From Scyliorhinus canicula (lineage: Eukaryota), in contig NC_052156.1 in assembly GCF_902713615.1 (NCBI RefSeq), positions 152,460,804 to 152,524,803 of the forward strand: DNA of 64,000 bases, written 5' to 3'. This document shows, piece after piece, positions 38,557-50,896 of the stretch; the first letter of the stretch is position 1, and every line of letters begins with the position of its first letter. The notes under the pieces are model-generated. The model searched no databases, had not been told where the DNA came from, and saw only the letters and a program-made list of their open reading frames with translations. Position numbers and translations under genes: made by a program.

Positions 38557-39744
38557 CTTTACCGCAAGCCCACGGATAACCTCACGATGCTCCACTTCTC
38601 CAGCTTCCACCCTAAACACATGAAAGAAGCCATCCCCTATGGACAAGCCCTCCGTATACACAGGATCTGCTCAGATGAGGAGGAGCGTAACAGACATCTA
38701 CAGATGCTGAACGATGCCCTTGTACGAACGGGATATGGCGCTCGACTCATCGATCAACAGTTCCAACGCGCCACAGCAAAAAACCGTACCAACCTCCTCA
38801 GAAGACAAACACGGGACACAACCGACAGAGTACCCTTCGTCATCCAGTACTTTCCTGGAGTGGAGAAACTACGACATCTTCTTCGCAGCCTTCAACATAT
38901 CATCGATGAAGGTGAACATCTTGCCAAGGTCATCCCCACACCCCCACTACTTGCCTTCAAACAACCGCGCAACCTCAAACAAACCATTGTTTGCAGCAAA
39001 CTACCAAACCTTCAGAACAGAGACCACGACACTACACAACCCTGCCATGGCAACCTCTGCAAGACATGCCAGATCATCGACATGGATACCACCATTGCAC
39101 GTCAGAACACCACCCACCAGGTACGCGGTACATACTCGTGCGACTCGGCCAATGTTGTCTACCTCATACGCTGCAGGAAAGGATGTCCCGAAGCGCGGTA
39201 CATTGGCGAGACCATGTAGACGCTGCGACAACGAATGAACGGACATTGCACGACAATCACCAGCCAGGAATGTTCCTTTGCAGTCTGGCAACACTTCAGC
39301 AGTCAAGGGCATTCAGCCTCCGATCTCCGGCTAAGCGTTCTCCAAGGCGGCCTTCAGGACCCGCAACAACGCAGAATCACTGAGCAGAAACTTATAGCCA
39401 AGTTCCGCACACATGAGTGCGGCCTCAACCAGGATCTTGGATTCATGTCGCATTACATTCATCCCCCACCATCTGGCCTGGGCTTGCGAAATCCTACCAA
39501 CTGTCCTGGTTTGAGACAATTCACACCTCTTTAACTTGGGGTTACCCCAATCTCTGGATCTGTTAAGATTTAATTACCTGCAAATGCTCGCATTCTAAGC
39601 ATTGTCTGGCATCTTTGAATTTGTCTATATGTTTCTGGAACATACCTCTCCATTCGCCTGAGGAAGGAGCAGTGCTCCGAAAGCTCGTGTTTGAAACAAA
39701 CCTGTTGGACTTTAACCTGGTGTTGTAAGACTTCTTACTGTGCT
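38557..39744 (+). mobile_element. Penelope-like element, 5'-truncated (RT thumb, GIY-YIG endonuclease, 3' repeat)
   Basis: LYRKPTD, SFHP.H.K..IPYGQALRIHRICS, CKTC, CDSANVVYLIRCRKGCPEARYIGET, then stop at 39217; HF..GH and GLN motifs downstream. Confidence 0.93.
39655..39689 (+). ncRNA. Minimal hammerhead ribozyme motif in the Penelope 3' region
   Basis: CGC-CUGAGGA-A-GGAGC-agu-GCUCC-GAAA-GC-UC-GUG. Confidence 0.72.
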
Positions 39745-40719
39745 TGTCAGGAGGAAGATTCAGGCCCGTATTCCAGCGATGATACTGCTGCACTGGCCTT
39801 CAATGCCGACTCTTCACCTACACTGACACTGACAAATTCTACATTCGCACCTCAGCCAGACTTCCATTGAGTCAGAATGACTCAAGCGCACTTTATAAAT
39901 AGCAGTGGGTCCCGATTCAGCGCTTCCTGAGCCCAGTACAGGGCTGCCTGATTTCTGAGAGTCCCTTTAAAGGTTGCAGGATGGTTCAGGTTAAAAGGCC
40001 ACTCCCAGGACTCCCATCCTGTGGAGGCAGCATGTCATACCCCTCTGCAATCTTCAGGTTTTTAATGAGCCATGGGTCACAGCCTCTCTGAGGAGTCCTG
40101 AACTGCAGTCTGCATGAGGGACTTTTAAAAAGGTGAGTTCAAGAGGTCCTCTTCATGGTCTTTTTGCTTAGCTATGCTCCTCGACTCACCTCCATCACCT
40201 CTCATGTTTCGTGTACCAATTTATGGCATTTCCATGCCCATTGGCTCTATACAGTGTATGGTGGGTCAATTTACCCCATACTGATAGTAGGATATGTTTT
40301 TTTTTAAAAGCTTTAAAAAGCCTTCAATTCGTTACTTTTCATAATGTTCAAAAAGTCATTTTACTGCAGGATGATAAAAGTGTCAATCACCTAATCCTTA
40401 AAAGTGTCAATAACAAAAACTGCAAGCCCATTCAACCACTTAACCTTGTGTAAATAGACATTATGAAATTGACAGCTGAGATCAGAGCTGTCAAGAAAGC
40501 AATGCTTTCTCTAGAGCTTAGATGTTTCAACCTGAAGCATGGATGTCTGGGCCAAACATATAAAATAAGGCTTAGCTGAGAGCCCCTTTGTTGAAACATA
40601 ATATAACTGGAAAAAGAATCAGGGAAGAGAATTTCTTTTACTTGGTGGGTTGTTGTGGTCCGGAATGTTCTGCCTGAAAGGGTGGTGAAAGCAGATTCAG
40701 TAAAAACTTTCAAAAACTT

Positions 40720-40925
40720 GGGGCGGCAGAGGCGCAGTGTTTAGCACTGCTGCCTCACGGCACCGTGACCCGGGTTCAATCCCGGCCCAGGGTCACTGTC
40801 TGTGTGGAGTTTGCACATTTTCTCCTTGGCTGTGTGGGTCTCACCCCACAGCCCAAAGATGTGCAGGCCAGGTGAATGGGTCACGATAAATTGCCCCGTA
40901 ATTGGAAAAAGACATTTAACTTTCA
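40720..40925 (+). mobile_element. HE1/V-SINE-like SINE within a CR1 3' fragment
   Basis: Core motif; aactttcaaaaa duplicated on both sides. Confidence 0.85.
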
Positions 40926-41382
40926 AAAAGGTAAAAAGCAGAGGATTGGGACTAATTGGTTAACTCTAATTGGGACTAACTCTTTTAAAGAGCTGGCAAA
41001 GACACAATGGCTGAATAGCCTCCTTCTGTGTAGTACAATTCGTTGTTTCTAACTCAAGGTTTTATCCAAGATATGGTTACATCAGTATGTCATCAAAGCA
41101 GACGTATTATTAAATGGCATAGATAAATTACTTCAAGCAAAGGTGGGAAAAGGGAGCGGATAGCCTACACAAAAATAAGTAAAAATGCAAATTAAAAAAT
41201 AGAGTGATCATGGTACATATTTAGAATAACTTGTCACTCCGGGTCATGGAACCAAGAACATAGAATCCACTTGGATGCTGCAGTGGGAGAGACGAGAGTT
41301 GCATTGAATGTTCTTTTTTTTTTTACTTGTCTTTTTTATGGATGTAAACCAAGAGGTCATCCAAAATGCCATTGCTCAAGTG

Positions 41383-42510
41383 CTAAGGGCTCTGGTTCAG
41401 AAGAGATGAGAGATTAGCAGCAATCCCGATCCACTCTGGCAGGAAGGCTGCTTCATACTTAAACTCTCTGAGGAATGGTGAGCCAGGCAAAGTGAAGTTT
41501 GTGAGGTAGATGACCTCCCCGCCAGCAAGGTAGGCGACCCAGAATCCAAAGGTGCCAATGGTCATTATGGTATGATTGCAGTGAGCAAGAATGGCAAAGT
41601 CTCTCTGTGGCTTGGATTCATTGCCATCTCCTAAGAAGTAAACGTCCCCCTTGGATGCGTCAATATTCTTCCGACACCAATCTATTCCATTACTCGTCAC
41701 TATGAAGACAACATCCTTGTACTTACTCCTGAAGTAGAACATGGCTCGCTCCAAGTAGTTTCTATCTGCAATGACACCTTTCCACACCTCTGGCATGACG
41801 TACACATAATCTCCTCTTCGAACATGAACACCAACATAAGTAATATTTTGACGTTGTGCTGTTATATTTCTTAAACATGAGTTGACTTCCGTTGTGATGA
41901 ACGCGTGAAAAGAGAATTCACGAAGGATTTCTTCTCGAATATGATGATAAAATGTCCAAGAACATGGAAAACCAAAGAAATGAATGTGGTCTCCTGAGAT
42001 ATTTTTATACTTTTCTTCCATCCAGTCAGCAAGATTATAGTTTTGCCAAGGAACCTTGTCCTTAACCTCTTTGTTAAGGGTGGGAAGCGTAAGTTTGAAG
42101 CTCTGAGACAGGCTTTCAGCCATTCCTGGGAGAATATAGGCTTGTTTCCTGTTTAATCGGGCCAAAGCAAATAATGTTGCATATTGTCCCATCAGGTTAC
42201 CAAACCTCCCATTTGGGGATATAGTCCATATGCTTTTGGAAGACCTGATGGCTTTGAAAGTCTTGAAATCTTCATCCCCGAGACATTCTGAAAAGTTAAC
42301 AGTGGTTTTCCTGCTGATGTTGTTTGCCAAATGTTTGGAAGTATTCTGTCCAAATAATTTAAACTTGTAATTTTCTTCATGATAAAGCACATAACCAAAT
42401 ATGCACATGGCGATAAATGAAAAGGTTGAAAGGAGAAGCAATGTCAGGAAGCATGGCTGCTTCCCACTGAATGGAACAATGTAAAAACTGAGCAAATTGG
42501 TCATCTTCAT
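41383..42510 (-). CDS. Galactoside alpha-1,2-fucosyltransferase (GT11, FUT1/FUT2/SEC1-like), 375 aa, single coding exon
   Basis: Intact ORF with an N-terminal type II TM segment and motifs GRFGNLMGQYATL, GFPCSWTFYHH, GVHVRRGDY, DFAILAHCNHTIMTIGTFGFW, AAFLPEWIGI. Strong acceptor (ttgtatttttttag) at 42572-42573 implies an upstream 5' UTR exon. Confidence 0.97.
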   Translation of the reverse strand: MKMTNLLSFYIVPFSGKQPCFLTLLLLSTFSFIAMCIFGYVLYHEENYKFKLFGQNTSKHLANNISRKTTVNFSECLGDEDFKTFKAIRSSKSIWTISPNGRFGNLMGQYATLFALARLNRKQAYILPGMAESLSQSFKLTLPTLNKEVKDKVPWQNYNLADWMEEKYKNISGDHIHFFGFPCSWTFYHHIREEILREFSFHAFITTEVNSCLRNITAQRQNITYVGVHVRRGDYVYVMPEVWKGVIADRNYLERAMFYFRSKYKDVVFIVTSNGIDWCRKNIDASKGDVYFLGDGNESKPQRDFAILAHCNHTIMTIGTFGFWVAYLAGGEVIYLTNFTLPGSPFLREFKYEAAFLPEWIGIAANLSSLLNQSP

Positions 42511-43131
42511 AAACTTATTTTAAAAAATCTTCTGCTGTGTCTCCAACTCAAATTAAACTTCCATCAGAGTCCTAAAAAAATACAAGCAAAGAATGTATAA
42601 AATATATCACAATGTGAGGTCAGTTCTGTATCACTGTTATTGTTGAAGAATCATGTTCAAGCAGATGAGTTGTCCATACACGCAGGGTCTGCAGATAGCT
42701 TTCCCTATACTTGAGAGGCTATTTTCTCACACACAGCCCAGGAAAGCATATCACCAGCCATTGAACTGTCCATAGTGTTAAACATCAAAGTGGTCTCACA
42801 GGGCAATTGCAACGTTGGCATGAAGTGGTTTCACTTTACACCACCCTGAATTTATCTGGGGTGATCCTATGATTACAGCCCCACGTTCCTAATGGGGGGC
42901 AAAGTGCTTATCAGATCAAAACTTGCTCCTCCCCAGAAAGGTTAGATTAAAGTCAAGATTTAAATTTCCTGCTGGGGTACTAGATTTCAGGGAAAGGGGG
43001 AGTGTCCTGGGGGAAGGAGTCTGACTCTGATTCCCACGAGAGCCAGCTTGAGCCTCAGCTCTGGATTTGGGAACAGTCAACAATATGAGCCTATTCCACC
43101 ATCTGGGAAGATCATGGTTGATTTGTATCTT

Positions 43132-43461
43132 TTTTTTCATCAAACAATTTTATTGAGGTATTTTTCGGTATTGTAAACAGTTACAGATAACAACAACAAC
43201 AAAAAAATGCAAAAATGTGCAAACATCAACGTAAAATTAATACTTCAATCGAACCATACTGCACAAGCCCGCTCCTCTCCTATCGATACTACCCGCCTAT
43301 TTATCCCTCCTACCCTACTCTAATCTCCCCCGGGGGACCAGAATCGGTTCCCGGTCGGGGGGGGCGGAGGCTGGCGTCAAACCCGCCCGTTTTTGACACC
43401 AGCCTCACGATTTCTCCCGGGTGCGGAGAATCACGCCCCCTATGTTCCACCCCGCCCCTGG
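43132..43461 (-). mobile_element. Short L1-type 3' end carrying a MITE remnant, in the FUT intron
   Basis: 17-bp TSD tggttgatttgtatctt at 43115-43131 and 43462-43478; poly-T plus tttattg; ggagaatcacgccc TIR at ~43426. Confidence 0.75.
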
Positions 43462-43544
43462 TGGTTGATTTGTATCTTAACTCCATTTATTTTGCATGAA
43501 AAAATATTTCCAACTCCTCAATAACTTGGTTTTAAGGTCATGAT

Positions 43545-43837
43545 AATAATAATCTTTATTGTCACAAGTAGGCTTACATTAACACTGTAATGAAATTACT
43601 GTGAAAAGCACCTAGTCACCACATTCCGGCGCCTATTCGGGTACAGAGAGAGAATTCAGAATGTCCACATTATCTAAAAGCATGTCTTTTGGGACTTGTA
43701 GGAGGAAACCAGAACACCCAGAGGAAACCCACGAAGATACAGGGAGAACGTGCAGACTCTGCATAGACAGTGATCCAAGCCAGAATCGAACCTGGCACCC
43801 TGCCACTGTGAAGCAACAGTGCTAACCACTGTGCTGC
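43545..43837 (-). mobile_element. V-SINE body with family-C-type tail (copies also at 21548-21830 -, 47300-47600 +)
   Basis: V core followed by ggcgccggaatgtggcgactagg..cacagtaacttcatt..aagcctacttgtgacaataaagattatt-like tail. Confidence 0.85.
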
Positions 43838-44214
43838 AGTCTGTGTCCCAGACGCCTGCGCCAGCAGAAAACAGTTTCTATCTGCCCTATCAATTCCTTC
43901 GAAATGTTAAACTCTCAATCAAATCACCCCGTAGCCATTTATAATCCCAGGGTATATATAATCTAACCCTCAGAGTTTCTCAAAGAATCTGTGCTGACCC
44001 CATCGAAGGTCAGTAAGGTGCAGTGCTCAGACTGCGTGTGGTATTCCAGATACGGTGTAACCAGGGCTTTGCACATCCATAGCAAAACTCCTCCACTTTA
44101 TATTGCAGCTCTCTGGTGATAAAAGTTAGAGTTCCATTGCGTAACATTAAAATTACACTGTTTCACATCCACCCTAAGCTTCTGCGGGCCAATTTCAATG
44201 GCAAGAGCTTGAAT

Positions 44215-44930
44215 TAGAACATAGAACACAAAGTGCAGAAGGAGGCCATTTGGCAAATCGAGTCTGCACCGACCCACTTAAGCACCCACTTCCACCCCAT
44301 CCCCATAACCCAACAACCCTTCCTAACTTTTTTGGACACTAAGGGCAATTTAGCATGGCCAATCCACCTAACCTGCACATCTTTGGACTGTGGGAGGAAA
44401 CCGGAGCACTCGGAGGAAACCCACGCAGACACAGGTAGAACGTACACACTCCACACAGACAGTGAGCCAGCAGGAAATCGAACCTGGGACCCTGGCACTG
44501 GATTGGATTGGATTGGATTTGTTTATTGTCACGTGTACCGAGGTACAGTGAAAAGTATTTTTCTGCAAGCAGCTCAACAGATCATTCGGTACATGGAAGA
44601 AAAGGGAATTAAACAAAATTCAAGAAAATACATGAGAATACATAATAGGGCAACACAAGATATACAATGTAACTACATAAGCATTGGCATCGCTTGAAGC
44701 ATACAGGGTGTAGTGTTAATGAGGTCAGTCAATCAGAGGGTCATTTAGGAGTCTGGTGACAGTGGGGAAGAAGCTGTTTTTGAGTCTGTTCGTGCGTGTT
44801 CTCAGACTTCTGAATCTCCTGCCCGATGGAAGAAGTTGGAAAAGTGAGTAAGCCGGGTGGGAGGGATCCTTGATTATGCTGCCCGCTTTCCCCCGGCAGC
44901 GGGAGGTGTAGATGGAATCAATGGATGGGA
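44215..44930 (-). mobile_element. HE1/V-SINE (44215-44498) abutting a Rex/Babar-like 3' end with (AATCC)n tail
   Basis: SINE core with CR1-type tail; 44499-44930 is homologous to 22605-22700 and 25040-25260. Confidence 0.8.
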
Positions 44931-47900
44931 GTCTGCGAGGGGGTTTTATTCATTTTTTTTTACAAGTTCGGGGGGGGGGGGGGGGGGGGGGGGGGTTTAT
45001 TTGATAAAATTTTACAGGAAAAAAATTCAGAACTTTAGACAGATGAAGACTCCATACTTCCTGACACCAGAAGGCTTCACCTTCATCCAACAGGTTCCAT
45101 TGGAGGAGCGTGTACGAGGGCCAAAGGGACCCAAAACCATTTACTCAATTTTTGTCAGCAGCAAACAAGGTACTGCCTGACAGCGGCAGCGACCTGGGTT
45201 CAATTCCAGCCTTGGGTGACTCTGTGGAGTTCGTACCTTCTCCCTGTGTCTGCGTGGGCTTCCTCCGGATTCCTCCCACAGTCCAATGATGTGTGGGCTA
45301 GGTGGATTGGTCACGCTAAATTGACCATTAGTGTCCAAAACGTTGTGTGGGGTTACTGGGATGGGGTGCCTATCTAGGGTGCTCTTTCAGAGGGTCGGTG
45401 CAGACCTGATAGGCTGACTGGCCTCCTTCTGCACTGTAGTGATTTTATGATTTTTAAAAAAATTAGCCAGTGTATCTGGTAAGCACAAACGCTGTGGGAA
45501 CCTGTGTAAAAACAATTGCTTATTACGGAATTAGAGATTAGTGCCAGCCCAACTATTAGGGCAGTATGTGGGCACACATTTTGAGCAGGGCATTGAGCTG
45601 TGGGTGTAGCTTATACGGGAATATTTTGCTTATTAAACGGTGATCACTTATATGGGGAAATATTGTTCAAACGTTCACATCAATCTGGTGTCCCAAGCTG
45701 GCCTGTTTTGACAGTCAGGCAATTTAGCAACTGTTGCAGATTATAGGGGGGGGGGGGGGGGGGACTCCTCAAGGGCCAGGCATCTTGGTGATATTAGGAC
45801 ATCACCTCCAGCAACATGGGTGCACAGGACATGGATGGAGTGCAGGAAAAAGACTTGCCGACCGAACCAGGAGGGGAACATAACACTTCAGATCAGGAAA
45901 AAGCAGCAAAGTGTTGCAAACGCACACACACATGCCCTCCCCCATGCAGAGCCGGAGCAACATAGGAATGGGAAGAGGCCATTCGGCCCTTCAAACCCGT
46001 TCTTCCAAACAATTATCGGATGGTGGCTAATCTGTAGCACGGCCTCAATTATGCTCCTTGGCACCAAACAACTCAACACCCACCTCCACCAAAAATCTCA
46101 GTGTCCAAGGCTCCAGCTGACCTCTGATGTCTGTGGGTGGGCAGAATTCCACATTCCCGCCGGATTTCCCGCCCGAGACAGAAGGACAAAAATCTAGCTC
46201 CAGTTTTGAAATGATGTCCTCATTTTCGATTCCACCCCACCCCCCTTTGGGGTGAAATAGTCGCCCCGTTTCCACCAAATGGAATCTCATTGTCATTTTA
46301 AAGAACTCCCCCTCCCCAGTTTTCATGACAAATCCTTTTTCCCGCCAATTTCTGGTTGGGCTGGTCTGGCCTGGCCTAGGGTGGGAGGCCGGCTCTCCGG
46401 ACAACACTGGATGTCTCTCTCTGTCCCTGAGTCCCCTACTAGCGGCAATCGAGCCCAGACCTCCACACGCGGCTGGGTGGGATTGCTTCGGATTCCCCAC
46501 CGCCCCCAAGGAGAACCCAAAGAGGGGCTGAAGACAGAAGATGAGAAAAGGGTTCTTGCCTTACGAGAGAAAGCAGCCGCTGCCTCCAGGAGCTGTGTGC
46601 CTGCCCAGGACTGGAGCAGATCCTGTTCCCACAAGGACGGTGACATTGATTCCCTGCTTTTGTTCAGATGGACGTGTTTAATTTGTGAGCAGTGGGGTGC
46701 AGTGACCTCGGTAGGACATGACTGAGCTGGGCGCGGTGGTGCATTGATGATTGATCTGAAGGGCCAGCAGAATGCGTGTGATCATCAAGGTGAGGGGTGG
46801 ATGAATGCTCCTGGCGCGCCCGGCCCAGAGGTGGTCCTTATTGCCACGGCTGCTTAACGCCATCGTTATCGGTGCTGGGGAGCACCCATCAAAGTCCCTC
46901 ATTCGCATTGCTGCACATTGCTTCAGCAACCCCCCCTCTCCCCCGGCCCTCTCCAACAACTCCGACCAGTGCACACGAGGAGTTACTGAGCAGCAGACTC
47001 AGTTAGCAATCACAAGCTCCCAGAGACATTTTTTTGAACCGGTTCCTTCACATGTTCTAATATCACTGACAACCTACTTGACAGAGAAATGCCCGGGAAA
47101 TGTTTTTGGGATGCATAACTTTCCCCATGCCCTGCCCCACCACCACCCCACAAACCCATGCAGACTGCCATGGCGATCATAGTCCCAGCATCTCAAGTCA
47201 ATCCTGATAACTACAGCTTTCCCTCCCCACCATCATTTGGTGAATCGGTAAAACCTAATCCTTTGAATATCTGTTCTATCATCGGGCCAATAGTTAATCA
47301 CGGGAGCACAGTGGTTAGCACTGTTGCTTCACAGCGCCAGGGACTTGAGTTCGATTCCCGGTTTGGGTCACTGTCTGTGCAGAGTCTGAACGTTCTCCCC
47401 GTGTCTGGGTAGGTTTCCTCCGGGTGCTCCGGTTTCCTCCAACAAGTCCTGAAAGATGTGCTTGTTAGGTGAATTGGACATTCTGAATTCTCCCTCTGTG
47501 TACCCGATCAGGTGTAGGAATATAGCGACTAGAGGATTTTCACAGTAACTTCATTGCAGTGTTAATGTAAGCCTACTTGTGACACTAATAAAGATTCTTA
47601 TCTGTTTGGCCCAGTGTTGATGTGACTGCTGCCAATTTCTAAGCTAATTAATTCAGGACTCATTGCCCAGTGAGTGCACCCATTCCCTGATATGTGGTCA
47701 AATCCTCTCTAGAAACAAGATAGGTGGAGATCATCGAGTCCCTTGAGCGGGTCCTGCCACTGTTTAGTGAGATCATGCTGATCTGTAACTTAGCTCCGCC
47801 TACTCGGAGCCAGAAACCTTCATTTCCTCAGTAAAAATGCAGTTTTGAAATGTTGAATTGGTGCCCAAAATTAACAAGTTTTTGAGGATAGAGTTTCAAA

Positions 47901-48407
47901 CTTCATCCGCCCAATTGTTTGAAGAAGTGCTTTCTGATATCACAGCCTAAACTCTACTTTTAAGATTATGCCTCTAACTCAGATTGGAAAGCATTTTATG
48001 AAGCTATTACACAGGAGCAAAGGAATTACCGTGTGAGTACTTTACTGGTATCCGATGACAAGTTTCAGCTGAATACAAGTGAGTTCTTGGCAAGTGCAAT
48101 TCGGTAATTTGGACATTCTGAATTCTCCCTCTGTGTACCTGAACAGGCGCCAGAATTTGGCGACATGGGGATTTTCGCAGTAACTTCATTGCAGTGTTAA
48201 TGTAAGCCTACTTGTGACAATAAAGGTTATTATTATTATAAATAATGGCGAGTTATCATTCATCCACTCTGTGTTTACATGCGCCAGAGGATCATATTTT
48301 CTGTTGTAAAACGCCACCATGCCCAGGCCGGCATGGGGGACACAGCCTCAAAATCGGAGAATCCTGCCCTAGGTTTTGGGAGGCTTCGCTGCCAATCTTT
48401 ATCTTTG

Positions 48408-49177
48408 ATGTGGAGATGCCGGCGTTGGACTGGGGTGAGCACAGTAAGAAGTCTTACAACACCAGGTTAAAGTCCAACAGGTTTGTTTCAAACACGAGCT
48501 TTCGGAGCACGGCTCCTTCTTCAGGTGAATGGAAAGGCTTGTTCCAGAAATGTTTATATAGACACAGTCAGAGATGCCCCGGAATGCGAGCACCTGCAGG
48601 CAATCAAATCATCAAAGATGCAGAGAGAGAGGTAACTCCAGGTTAAAGAGGTGTGAATTGTCCCAAGCCAGTTCAGTCGGTAGGCCTCTGCAAGTCCAGG
48701 CTTGTTGGTGGGGGCCGAATGTAATGCGACATGAATCCCAGATCCCGGTTGAGTCCGCATTCATGCGTGCGGAACTTAGCTATAAGTTTTTGCTCAGCAA
48801 TTTTGCGTTGTCGCGTCTCCTGAAGGCCTCCTTGTAGAATGCTGACCCGGAGATCAGAGGCTGAATGTCCTTGACTGCTGAAGTGTTCCCCAACTGGAAG
48901 GGAACAGTCCTGCCTGTTGATAGTCGCACGATGCCCGTTTATTCGTTGTCGCAGTGTCTGCATGGTCTCGCCAATGTACCACGCTTTGGGACATCCTTTC
49001 CTGCAGCGTATGAGGTAGACTACATTGGTCGAGTCGCACGAGTATGCGCCGCGTACCTGGTGGGTGGTGTTTCCACGTGTAATGGTGGTGTCCATGTCGA
49101 TGATCTGGCATGTCTTGCAGAGATTACCCTGGCAGGGTTTTGTGGTGTTGTGGTTGCTGTTCTGAAGGCTGGGTAAC
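48408..49177 (-). mobile_element. Penelope-like element 3' fragment, same family as 38557-39744, inverted
   Basis: CDSTNVVYLIRCRKGCPKAWYIGETMQTLRQRINGH..HFSSQGH..GLNRD; shared 3' terminal sequence. Confidence 0.93.
48493..48527 (-). ncRNA. Minimal hammerhead ribozyme motif in the second Penelope copy
   Basis: Minus strand reads CAC-CUGAAGA-A-GGAGC-cgu-GCUCC-GAAA-GC-UC-GUG; stems I and II perfect. Confidence 0.75.
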
Positions 49178-49179
49178 TT

Positions 49180-49788
49180 CAGAAAATGGCTGGGAAAATG
49201 GCTTTAACATGCAAATCAGTACAATATAGCAGACTCAATGGCGTACGTTTCCTTATTTGGAAAGAGCTGCTTGGCTGGGACATCAATGAACATAGCCGGT
49301 AAGGACACGCCCCGCCTTCAAGGTGGTGGGTCTTGATTGGACCTAATTGATCATAGTGATCAAGCCCTGATCGATAGATTGGAAGCTCACCTGGGATTGC
49401 CCAAAAGAGCACAAAACCCCCAGGGATAAAAGGTGCTGGGCAACCTCGACAGCAACCAACAACGATGACAATGGTCGAAGAAAAGGAAGACAACCCATGC
49501 TTCTGATGGAAGGACCAGAATCAAGGACAACAACAAACATGCCACTAACCATCAACACTGCCAGACTGCGGACTCTGGATAACGGCCATATCTGCCTGGT
49601 AGTTGCCAGTCACTTGAAAGTTAAGTTAAGGTCTTGCATGTAATAGCTTTGTAGTTCAACTTATGTGTGGGTGATTGAAATAATCTTAACATTGTGTGCT
49701 AGCAAATAAATTATATTATTGAATGAAACAATTTGTAGTCATTTGTCTATTGTATACAGGTTAAAGACACACTGGTTTAGGAACAACA
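49180..49788 (+). mobile_element. Probable solo LTR
   Basis: atgcaaat octamer, gataaaa TATA-like box, AATAAA ~49705, ends ggaacaaca; 5' end obscured by Penelope. Confidence 0.45.
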
Positions 49789-50236
49789 AAGTATAATTCA
49801 AAAGCATCCTAGCAAAACGTTAACAGCTAATTGCAGTAACTGAGTGCCGTAGAGTGAGAAAGAGAGATGTAAGAGGAAAGTCGACCGAGAACAATAAACG
49901 ATAAAGGTGACAAACTTCACCAGCTTGCTGGATATACTACCTGGAATTAGGAAGAAAAGTTCCTTTAAAATAAATGAAATGCCTTTCATCTACCCATTGC
50001 TTGGTTGAAGTTACTGTTTTCTCTCGACTGCTGCAAAACATTTGCAGCTGAATGTTAATTGTTTGCTTTTGAACTCTAATGCATTGAAGCATTTCTCCCT
50101 CTGCAAACAGTGTTTGCTACTTAATGAGTTTCTTGTGATCAACATTTGGTGCCAAGTCAATAAAGGATTTATAAATGTGAATTAGTATTTGACACAACAG
50201 GCTAGATTTTCCCACATGGGGTGGGGATTGGTGATG

Positions 50237-50896
50237 GGGGGTGAAATTCTCCGACCCCCAGCAGGGTCGGAGAATCGCCTGGGGCCGCCGAAAATCCCGC
50301 CCCCGCCGTGGCAGAGATTCTCCACCACCCGGGAAGTGGCGGTGGCGGGAATCTCGCCACTCCGATCTGAGAGGCCCCTGCGGTGATTCTCCGGCCCGGA
50401 TGGGCCGAAGTCCCGCCGTTGGGAGGCCTCTCCCGCCGCCGAGGTTTGAACCACCTCTGGAACGGCAGGATCAGCGGCCCGATTGGGCCCCGGGGTCCTG
50501 GGGGGGGGGGGGCGGGGGCCGATCGAACCCCGGGGGGGGGGGGGGGGTGCCCCCACGGTGGCCTGGCCCGCGATCGGGGCCCCCCGCTCAGACTCCGGGC
50601 CAGTGCCCTGGGTGCACTATTTCTCCTCCGCGGCCGCCATGGCCTTCGCCATGGCGGAAGCGGAAGAGAACCCCACATCGCGCATGCGCCGGCTGGCGAA
50701 AGCCTTTCGGCCAGCCCCGCTGCCGGGGGCGCCGGTTTTTTGCGCCAGTCTTCTGGTGCCAACCGCTCCGGCGCGGGGCTGGCCCCCAAAGGTGGGGAGA
50801 ATTCCCCACCTTTGGGGAGGCCCGACCCCAGAGTGGTTGGTGCCACTCCCCTACGCCGGGACCCTCCGGCACGCCGGGTAGGGGAGAATCCCGCCC
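50237..50896. mobile_element. GC-rich MITE, same family as 25438-26122, opposite orientation
   Basis: TIR gggtgaaattctcc..ggagaatcccgccc, internal palindrome ttctccgacc..ggtcggagaa. Accounts for the cluster of spurious GC-rich ORFs. Confidence 0.82.
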
